This document shows, piece after piece, positions 1 to 13,323 of a DNA stretch of 64,000 nt. The notes below the pieces were generated by a model. The model was not told the origin of the DNA and did no database searches. It saw only the letters and a program-made list of their open reading frames with translations. The position numbers and the translations under genes were made by a program. Source of the stretch: Octopus sinensis (taxonomy: Eukaryota); contig NC_043009.1 of assembly GCF_006345805.1 (NCBI RefSeq), forward strand, positions 10,416,001 to 10,480,000, given 5' to 3'. How positions within the stretch are numbered: the stretch's first letter is position 1; each line of letters starts with the position of its first letter.

Positions 1-167
1 ACTATCTTTTTATTAGCATTCAAGCTCACCCTTTCCAATATATTCACACACACACTCATATATACATGCACATATATGTATATATATATGCATGCATATA
101 TATATGTATATAATATATATATATATATATATATTTATGTGTGTGTATGTATATATATTGTTTTATA

Positions 168-199
<32 letters not shown>

Positions 200-477
200 A
201 TAATATATATTATATAATATAAATAATATATAAATATATGCATATATACATACATATATGTACATACCTACATATATATGTATATATTCGTGCATATATG
301 GGTACAGGACATAAAAAATCTCTGAACACAATGAGAAACGAAAACATAAAAACAAAAACATAGAAAACGAAAAAAAGCAAACAGAGAAACGAGACATGCA
401 GAATAAAGAATATTTCCCTTCATAAGTCGTCCCAGTTTCATCTACTCCGCGTATCGAAGGCATATCTATATATATAT

Positions 478-1145
478 GGAAAGTGCGAGGAATATTAATG
501 CAGTATATGGATATCGGACAATAAGCGTAAGCCAGTGTCAACGGTGGTTCCAGATATTCCGAGCCGGTAACTACAGCCTAGAAGACGAGCTTCGACCTGG
601 ATGATCTGTAGAGCTTGACGAGGACGTCCTGCACACCCTGGTGGAACAAGATCCCACCGCAACCGTTGAAGAACTAGCAGAGAACCTTAGATTTGGTCAT
701 TCAACCATTCATCGACACCTGCGCTAGATGAAAAACGACTATCTTTGATTTCAAGACGAAAGGTGTTCTTCCATCAGGATAATGCTTAGCCACATACAGC
801 AAGGATGACATTCCAAAGGTAGGAGCTGTTTGAATGGGAAACAATGCCCCACCCACCATATTCGCCGGACATTGCCCCATCTGATTATCATTTATTCCGC
901 AGTCTTCAAAATCATTTTGACGGAAAAAATATGAATTCTGTAGACGAGACCAGACCAATACTAGAGGAGTATTTTTCATCACGGACAAGTGAATTTTGGA
1001 AGAGGGGTCATGCAAGTCTAGCAGATAGGTGGAAGAACATTAAAAAAAAATGAAGGAGAGTATATTTTTGGAGAACTTTGTTTATCTTACTTTTGAAAAC
1101 TAAAAGCAGTATAAAATTGGCAAATAAACTTTACTATCCAGTTGT
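478..1145 (+). mobile_element. Mariner (Tc1/mariner D34D) transposase relic, internally deleted
   Basis: Reads [37 protein letters not shown]...EELAENLRFGHSTIHRHLR (HTH), then jumps at about 725 to KVFFHQDNA*PHTA...HPPYSPDIAPSDYHLFRSLQNHF. It has in-frame stops and lacks the first catalytic Asp region. Confidence 0.92.
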
Positions 1146-1308
1146 TTTTCTCCTTATATATATACACACGCGCTCACGCACATACACACACACATGCACG
1201 CGCGCACACACAAGGACATGCACACATATATGTATATTTACATATATGTGTATATGCATATATATATATATATATATGTGTGTGTATATATATACATATA
1301 TATGTATA

Positions 1309-1363
<55 letters not shown>

Positions 1364-1465
1364 ATATATATAGACAGATAGATAGATATATGTATGTATG
1401 TATATATATATACACATAATACATACATACATATATATATATATATTATATATATATATTATATA

Positions 1466-1510
<45 letters not shown>

Positions 1511-1633
1511 TATACATATATGTATGTATGCATAAATATTTTTGTGCGTCATTTTGCATAAAAATGCAGTCGAACATTCACTGAAGACTCAATATATTTA
1601 AATAGCATCTCATAATTTATTTCCACAGAGAAA

Positions 1634-1675
1634 AGTTTGATAGTGACTTCGAAGCTTCGAAGTCACTATCAAACT
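1634..1675. repeat. Perfect 42-bp palindrome
   Basis: AGTTTGATAGTGACTTCGAAG|CTTCGAAGTCACTATCAAACT. Confidence 0.97.
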
Positions 1676-2111
1676 AGTTACCCCCTTTTCTCTGTATATA
1701 TACCACACATAGATGTAGACCCTCCACCTACACTCACACACATTTGATGAAGAGACCACTGCAGTGAAGTGAAGCTGCGAAACAGTCTAAGGCCTTTATC
1801 TCCTATCTGTTGTAGTTGTATCACAATCCATTCGTTTGTCAATGTGCTTGCAACAGCTGCGCAGTATCATATATTGTGCATCGATTTATTTACTGCCGAT
1901 TAATGTAAATTCTCTAATAAAAGTAAAGAAATGAAATGTCAACTTTGTTGGAAGATACTTTAATTTAGCATAAATGCACGCTGCAATTCGTTAAATCCCG
2001 ATTTGAATGCATGAGTTCATACTAACCTATAATCTACACGTCCAATCTGTATTTGTTATTACGTAGTTTTCATGTCAATCAAGATCTGCGCTGGCTGCCT
2101 ATAAGTAACGT

Positions 2112-2951
2112 GTATGTATGTATGTATGTATGTATGTATGTATGTATGTATGTATGTATGTATGTATGTATGTATGTATGTATGTATGTATGCATGTATG
2201 CATGAATGTATGTATGTATGTATGTATGTATGTATGTATGTATGTATGTATGTATGTATGCATGTATGCATGAATGTATGTATGTAGTATGTATGTATTG
2301 TATGTATGTATGTATGCATGTATGCATGAATGTATGTATGTATGTATGTATGTATGTATGTATGTATGTATGTATGTATGCATGAATGTATGTATGTATG
2401 TATGTATGTATGTGTGTATGCATGTATGTATGTTGTATGTATGTATGTATGTAGTATGTATGTATGTATTATGTATGTATGTATTATGTATGTATGCATG
2501 TGTATGTATGTGTGGTGTATGTATGTATGTATGCATGTATGTATGTATGTATGTATGTATGTGTATGTATGTATGTATGCATGTATGTATGTATGTGTGT
2601 GTGTATGTATGTATGTATGCATGTATGTATGTATGTATGTATGTATGTATGTATGCATGTATGTATGTATGTATGTATGTATGTATGTATGTGTGTATGT
2701 TGTGTGTATACGTATCTATCTATCTATCTATCAATTTATTTGTTTGTTTATCTCGCATGTAATTGTGCATGTAGATGAATATGTACATGTGTATATATAT
2801 ATATATGTGTGTCTGCGTATGTGTGTGTGCGTGTGTGTGTATGTTTGTATATATAAGCTTGTAAGCATATATACGCTTGCACATATTTAAATAATATATA
2901 TGTAAATATGTATAAACGTGTGTATATGTATGTTTATGTATTTATGTATAC

Positions 2952-3017
<66 letters not shown>

Positions 3018-3919
3018 GTATGTATGTTTGTATGGCTATCTGTCTGTCTGTCTATGTATGCATGCATGTATGTATGTATGTATGTATGTATGTATGTATG
3101 TATGTATGTATGTATGTATGTATGTATGTATGGTATGTATGTATGTATGTGTGTATGCATGTATGCATGAATGTATGTATGTATGTATGTATGTATGTAT
3201 GTATGTATGTATGTATGTATGCATGTATGCATGAATGTATGTATGTATGTATGTATGTATGTATGTATGTATGTATGTATGTATGTATGTATGTATGCAT
3301 GTATGCATGAATGTATGTATGTATGTATGTATGTATGTATGTATGTATGTATGTATGTATGCATGAATGTATGTATGTATGTATGTATGTATGTATGTAT
3401 GTATGTATGTATGTATGTATGTATGTATGTATGTATGTATGTATGTATGTATGTATGTATGTATGCATGTATGTATGTATGTGTGTGTGTATGTATGTAT
3501 GTATGCATGTATGTATGTATGTATGTATGTATGTATGTATGTATGTATGTATGCATGTATGTATGTATGTGTGTGTGTATGTATGTATGTATGCATGTAT
3601 GTATGTATGTATGTATGTATGTATGCATGTATGTATGTATGTATGTATGTATGTATGTATGTGTGTATGTTGTGTGTATACGTATCTATCTATCTATCTA
3701 TCAATTTATTTGTTTGTTTATCTCGCATGTAATTGTGCATGTAGATGAATATGTACATGTGTATATATTATATATGTGTGTCTGCGTATGTGTGTGTGCG
3801 TGTGTGTGTATGTTTGTATATATAAGCTTGTAAGCATATATACGCTTGCACATATTTAAATAATATATATGTAAATATGTATAAACGTGTGTATATGTAT
3901 GTTTATGTATTATGTATAC

Positions 3920-3980
<61 letters not shown>

Positions 3981-4200
3981 GTATGTATGTTTGTATGGCT
4001 ATCTGTCTGTCTGTCTATGTATGCATGCATGTATGTATGTATGTATGTATGTATGTATGTATGTATGTATGTATATATCTATCTGTCTGTATGTATGCCT
4101 ATCTGTCTGTCTGTCTATGTATGTATATATGCATGTATGTATGTATGCATGTATGTATGCATGTATGTATGTATGTATGTATGTATCCATCTATCTATCT
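2112..4200. repeat. (TATG)n/(TATC)n compound microsatellite block containing a tandem duplication of about 970 bp
   Basis: The non-repetitive spacer TCAATTTATTTGTTTGTTTATCTCGCATGTAATTGTGC..AAGCTTGTAAGC occurs at about 2730-2950 and 3700-3920. Confidence 0.9.
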
Positions 4201-4569
4201 TTTGTATGTGTATGCGCGTGTGTGTGTGTATGACCCTCTGTATTTGTACACGTGTATGTGTGTATATGTGCATATATGCGTATGTGTACGAATTATTTAT
4301 ATCTCTGTGCGCATTACTGCATTAGTTATGCTTCTACACATGTACACACACATACACACACACGCTCACACACACGCACACACACACACACACACCATAT
4401 GTGCATCTGTGTTGTAAGTGTATGGGTGTGACTATTAGATGCGTGCATATATCTAAGTATACGTATCTCTGTGCATGTATGTTTGCGTATGCATGCATGT
4501 GCGTGTGTGTGGCCGAGTGTACCTGTGTGCGCGTGCGCGTGTTTTTTGCATGTGTGGTTTAAATTGAAA

Positions 4570-5288
4570 AGGGTGGAGAAAGAGGAAAGAAGTTCCACGG
4601 AAGGAGAGAGGGATTGAAAACGAAAGATAGATATATAGATAGATAGATACAGAGATAGATACAAAGAGAGAGACAGAGAGGGGGAGAGAGAAAGAGAGAG
4701 GGTAAAGAGAAGGACCGACAAAGGGGGATTTGGGAGAAAGAGAGAGACAGAATCCTTTGAGAGAAAGTTCTTTGAAGAAGCAGATAAAGAACATAGAGCA
4801 ATTAATGGTGAAAACATTTTGTGAGATGGTGTGAATGTGAATTTGTGAAGGATAGAGGGAGAGGGAGAAGAAGAGATATGAACTGAAAGAGAAAGAGAGA
4901 AAGGGAGAGACATTCAGAGATGGAGAGGAAGAAGGGGAAACAGAGCTAGAAAGAGAATCGGGAGGCAAGAGAAAGTGAGAGAGAGAGAGATAGAAACTGG
5001 AACAGTGGGGAGAGATGAACTGAGAAAAAAGTCATAGAAAAGGGAAATAAGAGAGAGAGAAACAGAGAGGGAGAGAGGGAAGGAGAGAGAGAGGGGAAGA
5101 AAGAGACAAGGAGGGAGAGGGGGATATAGGAGAGGGGGGAGACAAAGAGAGAGAGGAGGATTTAGGAGAGCGGGGGAGACAAGGAGGAGAGAAAATGCGC
5201 GTGCAGAAAATATACCGAGAAAGGAAGCCAATATGAAGAATATATATTTCTAGTGAATGCAGAAAGATATGAAGAAAACGGGAGGGAA

Positions 5289-5352
<64 letters not shown>
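4570..5352 (+). repeat. Purine-rich (GA-type) low-complexity tract
   Basis: Plus strand almost entirely A/G, ending in (AG)n. Confidence 0.85.
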
Positions 5353-5485
5353 GTGAATAATTGTTAGCAGGCCATGACGATTATGTAATAGTCAATTACG
5401 AACACAGCTACACCCACCACACCTACTCTCAGGTGCAGATATATGTGTTATGTACATGCATATATAAAAATATATATATACATAC

Positions 5486-5595
<110 letters not shown>

Positions 5596-5770
5596 GGTTC
5601 TATGCGTACAATCTGCAAGGAAGAGCACTCAGTCGCTGCAGAGTTCATATTTATTGGAAAACTATAAAGATTTAGGCATGTGCGAAACTCTGAGTATTGA
5701 TGAGATACTAAACTCTGAGATAGTGAATCACTATCAGCTCTTTCCCTACATATATGTATGCGTGTATATA

Positions 5771-5828
<58 letters not shown>

Positions 5829-6001
5829 GTTTGCGCGTATGTATGCGTACATGTGTACTTTTTGGGTATGTGTGTGTTTATGTATACACATGTATGTATA
5901 TGTATATGCATCTATCAATCTATCTATCTATCATCAATCTTTCTATGTATAAATATAATAATAATATAATAATAATAATATATATATGCATTTATACATA
6001 G

Positions 6002-6072
<71 letters not shown>

Positions 6073-6122
6073 CTTACATACATAGATGTATACACACACA
6101 CACATATATATATATATATGTA

Positions 6123-6158
<36 letters not shown>

Positions 6159-8310
6159 TATGCAAATACCATGAAGGCAGAGAGTGAGAGAGAGAGAGTG
6201 AAGGAGAGAGAGAAGGGGGTAAGAGCGAGAAAGAGGGGGCAAGAGAGAGAGAGAGTCCGAGACAAGGAGGATGGGGAGTTATGAAGACAAATATCTCACA
6301 TTATTTCCACCTCCACACAAAACCATTTATGCATTCTGTATCTTTAACATCCATTCTACTACTCGACAAGCTGTTCCTCAAAGAGAAATAAATAAAACTA
6401 AAAAAAAAAAGTAAGCCAGAATAAAAAGAACGAAGAAAATAAAGAAGAAGAAGAAGAAGAAGAAGAAGAAGAAGAAGAAGAAGAAGAAGAAGAAGAAGAA
6501 GAAGAAGAAGAAGAAGAAGAAGAAGAAAAGGACTGAAGTCCTGATGTTTCAATTGCTTTGCAAAATGGAGAAATTTAAATACCAGCACTTGGACATTTAT
6601 TTCCTCATATCATATTTCTTATTAGCCACAGTTCTCATAAACCTTTTCACTATTTTCCAATATGGCGACTGCATCAACCAATCATTTGACTGCTTCGTGT
6701 TTTATTAGTTTTACTCCATGTTTTTATTGTTAAATTCTATTTTCTGTTTTCATTTTAGCAATTCATATAAAACTAGTTGTACTTCTGCTGTCAAAAATAA
6801 TGGCTACTTTAAAATATTCTGTAGATGAATTATTTTGTTAACGCTTAAGACATACCAGGGTGTAAAATAGGCTGCATAGTTAAGAAGTTTGGTCTGTAAA
6901 CACCTGATTTCGCAACCGACCCCTTTCTGTGGCATTTCGGATAGAAGACTACTACTGAAATATATATATATATATATTTAAATGGCGGTGCCCCAGCATG
7001 GCCACAGCTCATGAGCTGAAACTAGAATCAATCAATCAATCAATCATAGATATATATGGAGTAACTTTACATTAAAGAGTGAAACGTACAAATTCCTGAA
7101 AGTCAAACTGCTTCATGGTCACTGAAGACAAAATGGAAAAGGGGTTGTCTCGGAGGCTGGTGAGGGTAGATAGGCTGGAACAGCTTCTGGGATTCGCACT
7201 TGCATGAAAACAATTTTTGAAGGAAAGTTTTACTTCTCTGGCCAATGACTTAATCTGTTTTCCACCTGAAATAATTACATCATAAAAGAGTGATGAAAGC
7301 CATTTAAAATACACATATACAATTATATTGAGTTCCTTTTCTTTTCTTTTCGTGATAATATTTGTTAATATAATGTGCGAAATAATTTCATCGTAAATCT
7401 ATTACTGAACTATTAACGCAAATTACATTGCAAGCGTTGAATTTCAGATGTTTTCCATTTTTTATTAACCTTAGGAAAATTTACATTCTTTGTTCCTTAA
7501 AAAAAAAAAAAGGGTATTAGATAAAGTACGAAACAGTTTTGTATTTCTTTATTACATTCTTCTTGACTGTTCTTGTTGACTGTTAATGACTTCTGTATAC
7601 CAGTTTCATATATAAAGTAATTATTTTGTGATGCCTTTGGTGGATTTCCTGGAAAATAGACTGCTAAATTGAGTACATCTTAGGTATGTATATAAAACTA
7701 CGAATACATTCTATTGTTCACTTTTATTTATCTGCGTAGGTGATGTCTTTTTTTTCTGAATTTGTTTTCTGCATAATTGTAGAAACATCTAAAACACGTG
7801 CCAAAAATATATCGACAAATTACAAGTGAAACATCTAATCTCAGAGATCTATTGAAATGAAACCAGTGCAACACAAACGTGAATAAGACGAACCTTCGGT
7901 GTATACTCGGCTGTATCTAGATGTTTAAGTAATTTTCTTAACAATCACATAGTTCCGGGTTCCATCTCACTACGATGCAGCGATGCAGCTTGGGCAAATT
8001 TCTGCTACACTAGCTCGATTGACAAATACTTCGTGAATTGAAAGTGGCAGAGAGAAACTAGGGAAGCCCGTATATGTGTGGGTGAGCGAGCGAAGAGAGA
8101 CAGTGAATACTTGTGTGTATGGATGTGTATGTATATCTTTTCGCACATGGACATCGGTGAGAAATGTAAACCGAAAATTGGTGCTTTAAAAAGAAACCTA
8201 CTGATATATTTGTTCCACACCAAGCAAAATACACTCCCTTCTCATCATCGTCTCCAGAAAAGGAATGAGTCTTCGGGTGGTCTTTTCAAAAGTTACAAGC
8301 AACGATGGTA

Positions 8311-8527
8311 CTAGTTTCAAATTTTGGCACAAGGCCAGCAATTTCGGGGAAGTGGCTAAGTCTATTACACCGACCCCAGTGTTCAACTGGTACTTATTTC
8401 GCTGACGTCGAAAGAACGAAAAGCAAAATCGATCTCGGTGGAATTTGAACTCAGAAAGTGAAGACGTACGAAATGCCGTTAAGTGTTTTGTCCGGCGTGC
8501 AAACGATTCTGCCAGATTGCCGCCTTC
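8311..8527 (-). mobile_element. SINE-A copy (tRNA-derived), diverged
   Basis: Head AAGGCGG..TGGCAGAA, B-box GAGTTCAAATTCC, core GGGGTCG..GTACCAG. Confidence 0.8.
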
Positions 8528-8545
8528 ATAACCAACAATGATATT

Positions 8546-8981
8546 CTTTTCTACTCTAGGTACAAAGCCCGAAATTTGGAGGGGAAGGGGTCCAGTCGAT
8601 TAGATCGACCCCAGTATCCAACTGGTACTTAATTTATCGATCACGAAAGGATGAAAGGCAAAGTCAACCTCGGTGGAATTTGAACTCAGAACGTAAAGAC
8701 AGACGAAATACCGGTCAGCGGTATTTCGCCCGGCGTGCTAACGTTTCTTACTTCTTTATTGCCCGCAAGGGGCTACGCACAGAGGGGACAAACAAGGACA
8801 GACAAACGAATGAAGTCGATTATATCGACCCAGTACGTAACTGGTACTTATTTAATCGACCCCGAAAGGATGAAAGGCAAAGTCGACCTCGGCGGAATTT
8901 GAACTCAGAACGTAACAACATACGAAATGCCGCTAAGCATTTCGCCTGGCGTGCTAACGTTTCTGCCAGCTCGCCGCCTTG
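8546..8981 (-). mobile_element. SINE-A dimer flanked by one TSD
   Basis: Two units. TAACCAACAA(T/A)GATATT at 8529-8545 and 8982-8998 (17 bp, one mismatch). Confidence 0.85.
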
Positions 8982-9137
8982 TAACCAACAAAGATATTGC
9001 CACCAAAATATATAAAGTCAAATAAAAGCAATGGAGCAATCCTATTTCTCAAGCAATCCTATTACCATCACAAACTTTTCTGACTTTTATTTATATCACA
9101 AAGCTTTCGAATACATTACTTGTTACCCACCAATGGC

Positions 9138-10670
9138 TGGCGGCATTTCGTCCGTCTTTACATTCTGAGTTCAAATTCCGCCGAAGTTGACTTTGCCTTT
9201 CAACCTTTCGGGTTCGATAAAGTAAGTACCAGTTGAACACTGGGGTGAATGTAATCAGCTTATCCACTCCCCCAAAATTGCTGGCCATGTACCAAAATTT
9301 GAAATCAATATTAGTGCTAGATAAGACAATGAGCTGACAAGGTCATTAGCACGCCGGATAAAATGCTTTCCGGCTTTTCGTCCGTCTTTACGTTCTGAGT
9401 TCAAATTCCGCTGACGTTGACTTTGCCATTCATTCTTTCGAGATCGATAAAATAAGTACCAGTTAAATACTGGCGTCGGTGTAATGGACTAATCCCTCCC
9501 CCGAACTTGCTGGCATTGTGTCAAAATTTGAAATCAGTATCGGTGCTAGATAAGGCGGCGGGCTGACGGAATCATTAGCATGCCGGGCAAAATGCTTTCT
9601 GGCAATTCGTCCGTCTTTACGTTTTGAGTTGAAATTCCACTGAGATCGATTTTGCCTTTCGTTCTTTCGGAATCGATAGAATAAATACCAGTTGTACACT
9701 GGGGTCGATGTAATTGACTTAGTTCCTGCCCCGAAATTACTACCCTCGTGCCAAAATTTAAAAATAATAATCAGTACTAGATAACCAGTAAATCTTCGTC
9801 TGGGTTTACTGTTTTGCGGTTCTAACGAGGAACGGATTTGATAAAGGGACTTTTCGTCTTATTTTTATGACTTCCTAACTGACAGCGGCAAGCTGGTAGA
9901 ATAATTAGCGCGAAAGATAAAATGTGTAGCGGTATTTCTTCCGGATCTTTATACTCGAGTTCAGATGCCACCGAGGCCGACCTTGTCTTTCATCCTTTTG
10001 TGCTCGGTAAAATAAGTGCCCGTTAAGTATAGAAGTCAATGTAATTGATTTACCATTCCTTTCAAAACTTCTGGCTTGAGCCCGAAATTAGAAAGGCCTA
10101 TTTTCTTATAGAAAAATGGTTAAACATCGAGCCTTAGATTTAATACTAAATCTGCTCGGACTTTACTTCTGAATTAGATAATGTCTTGATAAAAAAACAG
10201 AGATCTATCACAACTAATATAACGGATGGAACAAGGCGGCGAGCTGGCTGAATCGTTACAACGCCGGACAAAACGCTTAGCGGCATCTCGTCCGTCTTTA
10301 CGTTCTGAGTTCAAATTCCGCCGGGGCTGATTTGCCTTTCACCCTTTCAGGGTCGATAAAATATGTACAAGATTTGAGTACTGGGGTCAATGCAATCGAC
10401 TTAATACCCACCACCTCCAAAATTTCTGGCCTTGTACCAAAATTTGAAATCAGTATTGGTACTAGACAAGGAGGCGAGTGGCACAATCCTTAGCACCTGA
10501 ACAACATGCTTGCGGCAGTTTGTCCGTCTTTACATTCTGAGTTCAAATGCCGCCGAGATCGACGTTGCCTTTCCTCCTTTCGAGGTCGTTAAAATAAGCA
10601 TCAGTTAAGCTCCGGGGGAAAGAGTCAGGTAAACTTGCTGGCCTTGGGCCAAGATTTGAAACCAATATCT
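9138..10670 (+). mobile_element. Array of about 6 head-to-tail SINE-A copies
   Basis: Repeated GAGTTCAAATTCCGCC..CTTTGCC..TAAGTACCAG units with a recurring junction GAAATCARTATYRGTRCTAGAYAAG. Confidence 0.8.
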
Positions 10671-10701
10671 TATCATATATTCTAAAGATTCCTCCCCATT
10701 A

Positions 10702-11240
10702 GGGGCAGGAGTGGATGTGTGGTAAGTAGCTTGCTTACCAACCACATGGTTCCATGTTCATTCCCACTGCGTGGCACCTTGGGCAAGTGTCTTCAACTAT
10801 AGCCTTGGGCCGACCAAAACCTCGTGAGTGGATTTGGTAGACGGAAGCTGAAAGAAGCCCGTCGTATATATGTATATATGTATGTGTGTGTATATATGTT
10901 TGTGTGTCTGTGTTTGTCTCCCCAACATCGCTTGACAACCGATGCTGGTGTGTTTACGTCCCCGTAACTTAGCGGTTCGGCAAAAGAGACCGATAGAATA
11001 AGTAATGACCCCAGTACTCAACTCCTGTACACATTTTATCAACTTCGAAAGGGTGAAAGCAAATCAGCCCCGGCGGAATTTGAACTCAGAACGTAAAGAC
11101 GGACGAGATGCCGCTAAGCGTTTTGTCCGGCGTTGTAACGATTCAGCCAGCTCACCGCCTTGTTCCTGGGGTCGATTTGCTCGACTAAAGGCGGTGCTCC
11201 AGCATGGCCACAGTCAAATGACTGAAACAAGTAAAAGAGT
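10702..11240 (+). mobile_element. SINE-B copy interrupted by an inverted SINE-A segment (11006-11166)
   Basis: Head GG.GCAGGAGTGG.TGTGTGGTAAG, body CACCTTGGGCAAGTGTC, internal (TA)n(TG)n, tail CAGCATGGCCACAGTCAAATGACTGAAACAAGTAAAAGAG. Confidence 0.9.
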
Positions 11241-11796
11241 ATTGCTTTGCCGGTGGGCTGAAAGAAAATATAGACGAAAAGAAAAATAATTTTAATATTA
11301 CATGTTTGTTGTCAGATGTTAGAGTTTGTGGCGAACGAAAATCGCTCTGTTCTATGAATAAATAATGTGTTCGCTTAGAAAAGAAACATCATAAAACTGG
11401 TTCTAAATTTTATAACGGTGAATAGAAGTTTACTTATTTTTAGTAAATGAGAGAGACATAAAGAACAAAAAGATCGCAACTGAAATGGAATCGGAGAAAG
11501 AACAGAAGTATCTGAGAAAGAAAAATTGGCATTTGATAGCAGACGTTTTCAGTTATAAATTATTTTTAAATATCAGTAAATGCAAATATATGACCATATG
11601 TGAATAAATAAACGAACGTAAGAGATCTCTATTACTATTCCTTATATTTATGCATGTGAGAAGAAAGAAAGAAAGAATAATAATAAATAGAAATTAAACA
11701 AAAATATTCTTTGTATTTTCGCACTTTTTTTTAATGTTATTTTATAACTGCATACGGATGCATATGTGCACACTGGCGTGCGCAAACTCGCTTGGA

Positions 11797-11799
<3 letters not shown>

Positions 11800-11841
<42 letters not shown>

Positions 11842-11949
11842 ATTATATATATATATAATATATATTATATATATATATATGATATATATGTATATATGTA
11901 TATATATGTATATATATTATATGTGTATATATATGTATATATACGTATA

Positions 11950-12000
<51 letters not shown>

Positions 12001-12033
12001 TATATATGTATATATATATATTATATATATATA

Positions 12034-12065
<32 letters not shown>

Positions 12066-12098
12066 TATATATATATAAATAATGTATATACATATAAA

Positions 12099-12140
<42 letters not shown>

Positions 12141-12292
12141 TATGTATATATGTATATATATATGTATATATGTATATATATATATGTATATATGTATATG
12201 TATATATGTATATGTATATATGTATATGTATATATATATACAGATATGTATATATATATACATATATGTATATATATATATATACATATATG

Positions 12293-12370
<78 letters not shown>
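11800..12370. repeat. (TA)n / (TATATG)n / (CA)n compound microsatellite
   Basis: Directly visible. Confidence 0.95.
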
Positions 12371-12372
<2 letters not shown>

Positions 12373-12791
12373 ATATATATGAATATATCTTACAGTGTTC
12401 AGAGCATGAACGAGAGCACACGCACACATTGGTATATATTTTCATTTATGCTTTGCGTTCCAACTAAACATTAAAAAACATGACATTTCTTTCTTCATTC
12501 TCCCCGCCCCTCTCTCTACTTCCTTCACACTCCTCCATTTCTCTCTGTACATCCAGCCTTAGTAAATGTCACCAGAAAACTGCTGTTGAAACATTAACAT
12601 TTTTTACGTGAATTTCAGGAATTCACAACTTTCGGACTTCGTCAACATAAATAAAAAATATATCATAAGAATAACAATAACAAAACAACGTACAACAATT
12701 ATGAAGTTTATTTACAACTGTGGACAATCATTCAGAAGTTCTCCAAGAGTAGATACCTTCGTCTTTGGATGTCATAACAATTGTTAGCAAA

Positions 12792-12966
12792 GACGTGGCT
12801 GTGTGGTAAGAAGCTTGTTTCCTCACCGCATAGTTCCGGGTTCAGTCCCACAGCATGGCACCTTGGGTTAGTGTTTTCTACACTAGCTTCGGACCGACCA
12901 AAGTCTTGTGGGTGGATTTGGTAGACAGAAACTGAAAGAAGACAATCGTATATCTATGTGTGTGTT

Positions 12967-13007
<41 letters not shown>

Positions 13008-13125
13008 TGTGTGCGTGTGTGGTGTGTGTGTCCCACAGCCGCTTAGCAACCGTTTTTGGTTTTGTTTACGTACCCATGACATAGCGGTACGGCGTAAAAG
13101 ACCGATAGAATAAGTACCAGGCTTC
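12792..13125 (+). mobile_element. SINE-B copy, 3' end missing
   Basis: Same head and body, internal (TG)n, ends after GATAGAATAAGTACCAGGCTT. Confidence 0.85.
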
Positions 13126-13151
13126 AAATTTGGTGGAAGCATATAAGTATA

Positions 13152-13209
<58 letters not shown>

Positions 13210-13233
13210 TATGTATTATATATGTATGTGTGT

Positions 13234-13270
<37 letters not shown>

Positions 13271-13280
13271 TGTATTATAT

Positions 13281-13323
<43 letters not shown>

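Noticed and set aside
1742-1795. TTGATGAAGAG..GCGAAACAGTC as a hammerhead
   Set aside because: The core is altered, no stem II closes correctly, and there is no stem I partner.
8300-10670. Regularly spaced conserved repeats resembling a CRISPR array or tRNA cluster
   Set aside because: The units are SINE copies of about 200-230 bp in eukaryotic DNA. There are no cas genes, no short repeat-spacer pattern and no complete cloverleaf.
8680-11289. Recurrent peptide-like ORFs (RRNLNSERKD.., TGFFQFPSTKSTH.., CHAVGLNPEP..) repeated across the window
   Set aside because: These are translations of SINE-A and SINE-B, not a gene family.
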